DNA of 64,000 nucleotides from a virus: IMG/VR virus record IMGVR_UViG_3300048919_000265; one strand, 5' to 3'. Shown piece by piece: positions 59,100 to 64,000 of this stretch (position 1 is its first letter; each line of letters starts with the position of its first letter). The notes under the pieces were generated by a model. It saw only the letters and a program-made list of their open reading frames with translations, ran no database searches and was not told where the DNA came from. The position numbers and the translations under genes were made by a program.

Positions 59100-59621
59100 T
59101 TAATCTAACTTGCTTAAACCTACTGCATAAAGTAAACCATTACCAAATCCTTGTCGTTTATCATCACAGTTAATAGCATTAACAAGTTCCAAAGCCTGCG
59201 ACAATTTGCTTGCTTCTCTACAAACTAACACCCATTCTGTTGTAAAGCCAGAAAAATGGATTTCCTTTGAGTCCAGAAATGTAGGTAGATTTTCCTTAAA
59301 ATACACTTCAACCGCAGGCTTATTCAAAACAACAAGGCTTGTCGATTCCACTGAATATTCAGCGGCCACGTCTGTTGTCTTTTCATCACCAAGCACTGAA
59401 CTCTTCCCTCTTTTAACATTTCCCTTTTTCCTTCTCGGAAGATCAAATTCCTTGATCAGCGCATTAAACTTGGGGAGTGCTAACCCTAACTCCTCTCCAA
59501 GTTCTTTGTTACTTAGGGGCAATTCACGATATTTAATCAACATTTCCTTTTGTTCTTCCTTAGATAATCTACATAAATCTGAATACTTCAAGACACCTGT
59601 GAAATTAGTCATTCTAAACAA
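59100..59621 (-). CDS. Putative HTH DNA-binding protein (173 aa)
   Basis: LSNKELGEELGLALPKFNALIKEFDLPRRKKG has helix-turn-helix spacing plus a basic patch. Confidence 0.5.
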   Translation of the reverse strand: MFRMTNFTGVLKYSDLCRLSKEEQKEMLIKYRELPLSNKELGEELGLALPKFNALIKEFDLPRRKKGNVKRGKSSVLGDEKTTDVAAEYSVESTSLVVLNKPAVEVYFKENLPTFLDSKEIHFSGFTTEWVLVCREASKLSQALELVNAINCDDKRQGFGNGLLYAVGLSKLD

Positions 59622-59641
59622 CTCCTGTTATAGTATCAACA

Positions 59642-59980
59642 CTACGGGTTAAATAGGCCTAAAATCTTCATTTTTTCTTTTTCAACCTTTTTTATATCCC
59701 CAAACAGTAACACATGAACCTTAATTAATCCATCCCGAGCTCCTTCCCAAAATTCATCAGAATATCCTCTATCTCGACCCTTTTGCAACTTAACATCAAG
59801 ACTCTGGATAGAAGCTTTAAAATCTTCCACACCAGCTTCCACATCGTATAATACTAATCCTTCTCCGACACCCTTTACAAATCCGGCAGTTTTATCGGCT
59901 TCGCTGTTATCAGCTAATGCAGCTCGATATTTAGCAATTGCTTCTTCTTCTATCTTTTCAATATCCTTTCTGCCTACCAC
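59642..59980 (-). CDS. Hypothetical protein (112 aa)
   Basis: ORF track. Confidence 0.6.
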   Translation of the reverse strand: MVGRKDIEKIEEEAIAKYRAALADNSEADKTAGFVKGVGEGLVLYDVEAGVEDFKASIQSLDVKLQKGRDRGYSDEFWEGARDGLIKVHVLLFGDIKKVEKEKMKILGLFNP

Positions 59981-59982
59981 GA

Positions 59983-60189
59983 CTAACCCCCAACATAATG
60001 ATATTTAAAAATATTAAAAACCGTACGAATGTACAAAACAAACGCAACCAATAAACCATCAAGCGCTGCAAAGTCTTCTTTAATCCCAGGGTTTAACCTA
60101 CTCCCACCCACAGCAAAACTTAACACACAAACTATTACACAAAGAGCTACCAACAACCCTTGTAACCCGCGTCTATTCTTTTTAAACAA
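59983..60189 (-). CDS. Small 2-TM membrane protein (68 aa)
   Basis: Two hydrophobic segments. Confidence 0.55.
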   Translation of the reverse strand: MFKKNRRGLQGLLVALCVIVCVLSFAVGGSRLNPGIKEDFAALDGLLVAFVLYIRTVFNIFKYHYVGG

Positions 60190-60192
60190 ATA

Positions 60193-60486
60193 TTACTTTA
60201 CTCTTTTGAAATAATCATGCTTGACACCCTCAGAGATCTCTTCTTTACGGGATACTAACAAAGAAATGACAAACATCCAGAGAAGTCCGAATACACTACA
60301 AGTCCCATAAATAAAATAATCCAATGTCATATAAATACCGAAGTCCCCATCCTGCCACTCCACCAATGCAATTACCGTAGCCGTTAAAGTAATAAGAACC
60401 GCAGCTGTAACTCCAATACCTTGAAAAAATTTACCGATATCCACCGGACTTTCTTGAACTTTATTAACATTAACTTCGTTATTCAT
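60193..60486 (-). CDS. Small 2-TM membrane protein (97 aa)
   Basis: Two hydrophobic segments; RBS AGGAGG. Confidence 0.65.
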   Translation of the reverse strand: MNNEVNVNKVQESPVDIGKFFQGIGVTAAVLITLTATVIALVEWQDGDFGIYMTLDYFIYGTCSVFGLLWMFVISLLVSRKEEISEGVKHDYFKRVK

Positions 60487-60518
60487 TTTTATTACCTCCT
60501 ATTATTCACTGTTTTATA

Positions 60519-61310
60519 TCATTTAATACTGAATCCACCATCAACTAAATAAAATCCACCAATACAGGATTTAGATAAATCACTAGCTAAGAATAAAATC
60601 ATGTTTGCCACATCTTCAGCCGGAACAGGCACACCTGTGGGTTGTATCTCTTTGATATGCTTCATTACTTCTTCCCGCCCACCATCAACCTTATCATGAT
60701 GTGCATCATTAAACCCTGTATTAACTAGTCCTGGTCCAACCGAATTAACACGAATTCCGTAAGGTGCATTATCTAACCCATCAAACATAGTTTGCTGCCG
60801 ATCTGCACCTTTAGTCATTCCATAACCAACGAGACGTTTCTCTGCTACAATTGCATTCGCAGAACTAACATTAACAATACTACCTGAGCACTCTTTCCGC
60901 ATGTGTGGTAGTACTTCCCGGTTAAGTAAATATCTAGCATAAACGTTTACTTCAAAATGCTTTTTAAAATTTTCAGGACTTAATTCCAAACTATCCCCTG
61001 GAATATTAACTGCTGCATTATTAACAAGAACGTCAATTTTACCTGTAATACCCAACGCCTGTCGAACTATAAGCTCCACAAACTCACTATTCGTAATATC
61101 CCCAACGGTAACAACAATCTTCGCCTCTGGAAACTCACGACTAAGCTCTTCCCATCTATTTACTACCCCTTTGGATACATCAGTTAAAACCAAACCTTCT
61201 ACGCCATACTCCAAGAACTTTCTAGCTGTAGTATAGCCAATACCTTCTGAATTAGCAGCACCTGTGATAATTGCAACCTTACCTTTTAAATCCATTTCTA
61301 AGTCCCTCAA
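60519..61310 (-). CDS. Classical SDR-family oxidoreductase
   Basis: IITGAANSEGIG, DVLVNNA, IVNVSS, YGMTK (YxxxK), IRVNSVGPG, LASD and VDGG motifs. Confidence 0.92.
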   Translation of the reverse strand: MRDLEMDLKGKVAIITGAANSEGIGYTTARKFLEYGVEGLVLTDVSKGVVNRWEELSREFPEAKIVVTVGDITNSEFVELIVRQALGITGKIDVLVNNAAVNIPGDSLELSPENFKKHFEVNVYARYLLNREVLPHMRKECSGSIVNVSSANAIVAEKRLVGYGMTKGADRQQTMFDGLDNAPYGIRVNSVGPGLVNTGFNDAHHDKVDGGREEVMKHIKEIQPTGVPVPAEDVANMILFLASDLSKSCIGGFYLVDGGFSIK

Positions 61311-61341
61311 TTCTATTTTTTTTAATTAATTTGTTGTATCC

Positions 61342-61524
61342 TTAACACCACCAGGGCTTCCACAATTGCTCACCACACCAAGGACAATATTTAATCGTCC
61401 GGGCCTGATCACTGTTAGTCAGACTTAACTCCCATTCATCCCTTAGCTCTATCTTATCGCCATCTATGATAAGTCCCGCCATAAAGTCACATTTATGGTC
61501 ATTTTCCAATTTTATTACCTCCAC
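61342..61524 (-). CDS. Small putative zinc-binding protein
   Basis: HKC...IKYCPWCG; probable start is TTG at 61509 after GGAGGT. Confidence 0.55.
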   Translation of the reverse strand: MEVIKLENDHKCDFMAGLIIDGDKIELRDEWELSLTNSDQARTIKYCPWCGEQLWKPWWC

Positions 61525-61553
61525 GTGCCACGCTTGTTAGAATAATTTATTAA

Positions 61554-61910
61554 TTACAAACCCAGCAAGCTGATAAGTATATTTCCATTATTCCAAACTT
61601 TATTAAGTATATCAACGTCTAAAGGAAGATTGGCCAGTCTATAATCTTCTATCAGTCCTAACCCCTTCGACTTTGCGGACAGCTTATCATAGTGAGCTTG
61701 CACCTTGTCCTTGTTTCCCAATTTACAGATGGTAACTCCCAGTTTTCCGTTATACTCATCAACTAAAAACAAGACAGCCGGTTCGGTCAACTCACACAGA
61801 ATGTCATTACTTTTAGAATCTTTCATATACATTGATCCGCAATATTCATAGATTTCGCACATTGTGCATCCACCCCATGCTCTTCGGTCATGATTGCTTA
61901 ACAATATCAA
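61554..61910 (-). CDS. Hypothetical protein (118 aa), Cys-rich N-terminus
   Basis: CTMCEIYEYC...C pattern. Confidence 0.55.
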   Translation of the reverse strand: MILLSNHDRRAWGGCTMCEIYEYCGSMYMKDSKSNDILCELTEPAVLFLVDEYNGKLGVTICKLGNKDKVQAHYDKLSAKSKGLGLIEDYRLANLPLDVDILNKVWNNGNILISLLGL

Positions 61911-62109
61911 TTCTCAAGAAATCGTTATCTGTGTTCCTGCGTCTTTCCACGAACACCCAATCGTCAGACAACTTGGTCCGTAGATGCTCCAACACATCTT
62001 CAAAAATGCCTAGTGCCAGGATTTCCCCATCTCCGAGGGTGTAATCGTGCATTGAGCTAAACCAATATGGTTTAGCTTGTAATACGGCAATCACTTCTTC
62101 AAATGTCAT
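61888..62109 (-). CDS. Hypothetical protein (73 aa)
   Basis: ORF track. Confidence 0.55.
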   Translation of the reverse strand: MTFEEVIAVLQAKPYWFSSMHDYTLGDGEILALGIFEDVLEHLRTKLSDDWVFVERRRNTDNDFLRIDIVKQS

Positions 62110-62187
62110 TCACCATCACCGCAGTTCCTCTAATATAGATACATGCGTTCATATATCGCTTTTCCATTGTAGTGTACGACAACTAGA

Positions 62188-62463
62188 TTAAGACTTCCTC
62201 CCTGAATCCTTATAATCTCCCAAAGAGTGCGTTGAACCCATACTTTTATTTTGCTTATACCAAGCACGTTGCTCTTCCGTTACATGCTTTGGTTTTATCC
62301 CGAAATGCTTTGCAGCCCCTTCAGTGTGAAAATCTAACGAGGGATCTTGTAACTTCTTGAGTAGCTCTTCCGTTACGGGCTTTGCAGCCCCTTCAGTGTG
62401 AAAATCTAATAAGTGGTCTTGTAGTTTCTTGAATTTGTTATCCATGTAAATGTCTCCTATCAA
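62188..62463 (-). CDS. Small protein with internal 24-aa duplication
   Basis: KKLQD..LDFHTEGAAK occurs twice; probable start is ATG at 62445 after AGGAG. Confidence 0.6.
   Translation of the reverse strand: MIGDIYMDNKFKKLQDHLLDFHTEGAAKPVTEELLKKLQDPSLDFHTEGAAKHFGIKPKHVTEEQRAWYKQNKSMGSTHSLGDYKDSGRKS
62307..62409. repeat. Direct repeat with 72-bp period (identical 31-bp core)
   Basis: gctttgcagccccttcagtgtgaaaatctaa at 62307-62337 and 62379-62409. Confidence 0.9.
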
Positions 62464-62534
62464 TTAAATTTCTATACTTATTAAATAGCCTAAACTTAAA
62501 GATAAATCTACTGCTAAACATCAAGATATTAGTC

Positions 62535-62972
62535 CTAATAATATGACTGCCTTTGCCCAGAACTCAGCTCTACATAAATCTTACTCAATGTGGACCACAA
62601 CCCCTCCACATCCCCTGACATTCCAAGCCAAGTTGCACACAAGTCTTCCGAATACGCAGTCCAAATTTCCCAACACTCTTTAAGAGTCAAAAGAACATCA
62701 TGCTTTTCAAACAAATCTGCAATCAGATCGCAATCGCTAATCTCATTCGGCTCAGGCAACCAAAATCCCACAGCTCCCTCCTTAAACACGTACTCTTTAG
62801 GTACACTCTTGGCACCCTTATTCAGTTCTATAACAAGCTCTACTGGAGTGTCAATCTTTAGGTGCCAACCGCTTCCATAGACGTCACCATCCCGACCAAA
62901 TCTCTTACCATATGCTTTTTGAAATCTTTGTTGAATCATGTTCAACCCTCCAATATGTAGTGTTGCAGTCAA
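62535..62972 (-). CDS. Hypothetical protein (about 135 aa)
   Basis: Probable start at MIQQRF after GGAGGG. Confidence 0.6.
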   Translation of the reverse strand: MTATLHIGGLNMIQQRFQKAYGKRFGRDGDVYGSGWHLKIDTPVELVIELNKGAKSVPKEYVFKEGAVGFWLPEPNEISDCDLIADLFEKHDVLLTLKECWEIWTAYSEDLCATWLGMSGDVEGLWSTLSKIYVELSSGQRQSYY

Positions 62973-63005
62973 ACCCAGCCTATCTTTTATTCAACTTGAA
63001 ATAAG

Positions 63006-63034
63006 GTGGGGACCTTTTAACTTTAGGTCCCCAC
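63006..63034. terminator. Rho-independent terminator after the APC permease
   Basis: gtggggacct-tttaacttt-aggtccccac, a 10-bp stem with flanking A/T runs. Confidence 0.75.
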
Positions 63035-63045
63035 TTTTAGGATTA

Positions 63046-64000
63046 CTAAACTTCTTCGATAACAGGAACCGCAGAAGAGAAATGTTTACGACGTGCTAGC
63101 AACACAACAATACCCAGCACCAACCAAATTAATCCAATAACCCATGTAAGATGATCGAATCCAGTAAACACATAAGCAATAATTCCTGCACCAATAGCCG
63201 GAAATAATCCATAAATAAGCAATGATTTCAGATCATACTGTTTCTTCTTAATCACAAAATACCAGATAACCGAAACATTCAACAAGAAATATGTCGACAT
63301 AGCGCCAAAATTAACAAGTCTAGAAAGAGTTTCTAAACTCAACAAGAAGGCAATAAAGATACTTAAAACTCCTACAAAAACTGTAGCATTAACAGGTGTC
63401 TTTGTCTTTTCGTTAACTTGTTTAAAGAATCCAGAAAAAGGAATGGCATTATCCCGACCCATAGCGAATAGTACTCGAGAAATCGCAGACAATACCGGAA
63501 TAGCATTAGCGATACCAACAAACAAGACACAAGCTCCAATTACTGTTGTATAAAATCCATGACCGCCTACAATTTTCATTACATCAAAATATCCCATATC
63601 AGGGCTAAGCGTTGTATAATCAGGGTGAACCAAGCTTGCGAAATATGACTGAGTCATGAAGATACAAACAATGCAAACAAGACTCAGCAATACCGCCTTA
63701 CCTACGCTCTTAGCTGCTTTCTTCGCTTCCTCACTTTGTGTTGCAATACTATCAAAGCCAATAAATCCTAGCAATCCTACCGAACATCCTTGTGCAATAG
63801 CATGGAAACTGAATGTATCTGCATTGAAAAACGGTTTCAAACTAAACGCTCCCAATCCAACTCCATCAACCAATACAGCTTTTGCTGCCAGCACAGCAAA
63901 CAACGCAATCATTGCCAACTGTCCATACAGGAACGTATAATTAACCCACTTCCAGATATTGCCGCCTCTTGCAACAACCACTGTAATGATCAAAGTAAAA
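63046..64000 (-). CDS. APC-family amino acid/polyamine permease (5' end beyond window)
   Basis: GFIGFDSIATQSEEAK, SRVLFAMGRD and LVNFGA motifs; multiple TM segments; the frame stays open to the window edge. Confidence 0.88.
   Translation of the reverse strand, partial: FTLIITVVVARGGNIWKWVNYTFLYGQLAMIALFAVLAAKAVLVDGVGLGAFSLKPFFNADTFSFHAIAQGCSVGLLGFIGFDSIATQSEEAKKAAKSVGKAVLLSLVCIVCIFMTQSYFASLVHPDYTTLSPDMGYFDVMKIVGGHGFYTTVIGACVLFVGIANAIPVLSAISRVLFAMGRDNAIPFSGFFKQVNEKTKTPVNATVFVGVLSIFIAFLLSLETLSRLVNFGAMSTYFLLNVSVIWYFVIKKKQYDLKSLLIYGLFPAIGAGIIAYVFTGFDHLTWVIGLIWLVLGIVVLLARRKHFSSAVPVIEEV

Larger units (their letters stand above)
1..64000 (-). mobile_element. Segment of a large autonomous extrachromosomal element (megaplasmid or jumbo-phage-like replicon) of a Bacillota host
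   Basis: All credible genes are co-oriented on the minus strand. Divergent or split copies of replication proteins, ParM-type partitioning and pilus/secretion modules are interspersed with many orphans. GGAGG RBSs; no chromosomal housekeeping operons. The element class is an inference. Confidence 0.75.

Noticed and set aside
62270-62409. Repeats as a mini CRISPR array
   Set aside because: Only two copies, in frame within a coding region, with similar intervening sequence and no cas genes.
2751-63940. The many 60-150 aa + strand ORFs in the track
   Set aside because: All lie opposite longer minus-strand genes that have RBSs and motifs, so they are treated as spurious.
1-64000. Prophage structural module, tRNA or rRNA genes
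   Set aside because: No terminase, portal, capsid or tail motifs recognised. Intergenic gaps are short and showed no cloverleaf by eye; a tRNAscan/HMM run would be needed to exclude them fully.

Overview
This 64 kb window is AT-rich and every credible gene lies on the minus strand. Genes are tightly packed, many overlap at ATGA/TAATG junctions, and they use Bacillota-type GGAGG ribosome-binding sites. I saw no rRNA, tRNA, CRISPR array, transposase, integrase or recognisable virion gene, and no conserved chromosomal housekeeping operon. The best reading (inference) is a segment of a very large autonomous extrachromosomal element of a Firmicute: a megaplasmid, or possibly a jumbo-phage-like replicon. 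Recognisable by motif: (i) a dispersed replication/repair kit, with a family-A polymerase core and separately encoded 5'-3' and DEDDh 3'-5' exonucleases, a DnaX clamp loader, a probable beta-clamp, a Toprim primase, a UvrD/PcrA helicase, RecJ, an Mre11/SbcD nuclease and a Rad50/SbcC ATPase split into separate genes; (ii) a ParM-like actin with a ParR-like partner; (iii) a partial type IV pilus assembly module (PilB-, PilO-, PilM/N-like), a CpaE/MinD-like protein and a block of large orphan envelope proteins; (iv) an RNA polymerase alpha-NTD-only paralog; (v) a minimal type VII-like locus, with two FtsK-fold proteins around two WXG100-like small proteins; (vi) an accessory right end with a dead-HD YhaM-like protein, small orphans, an SDR oxidoreductase and a truncated APC permease. 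All product calls come from reading motifs by eye; no searches were run.
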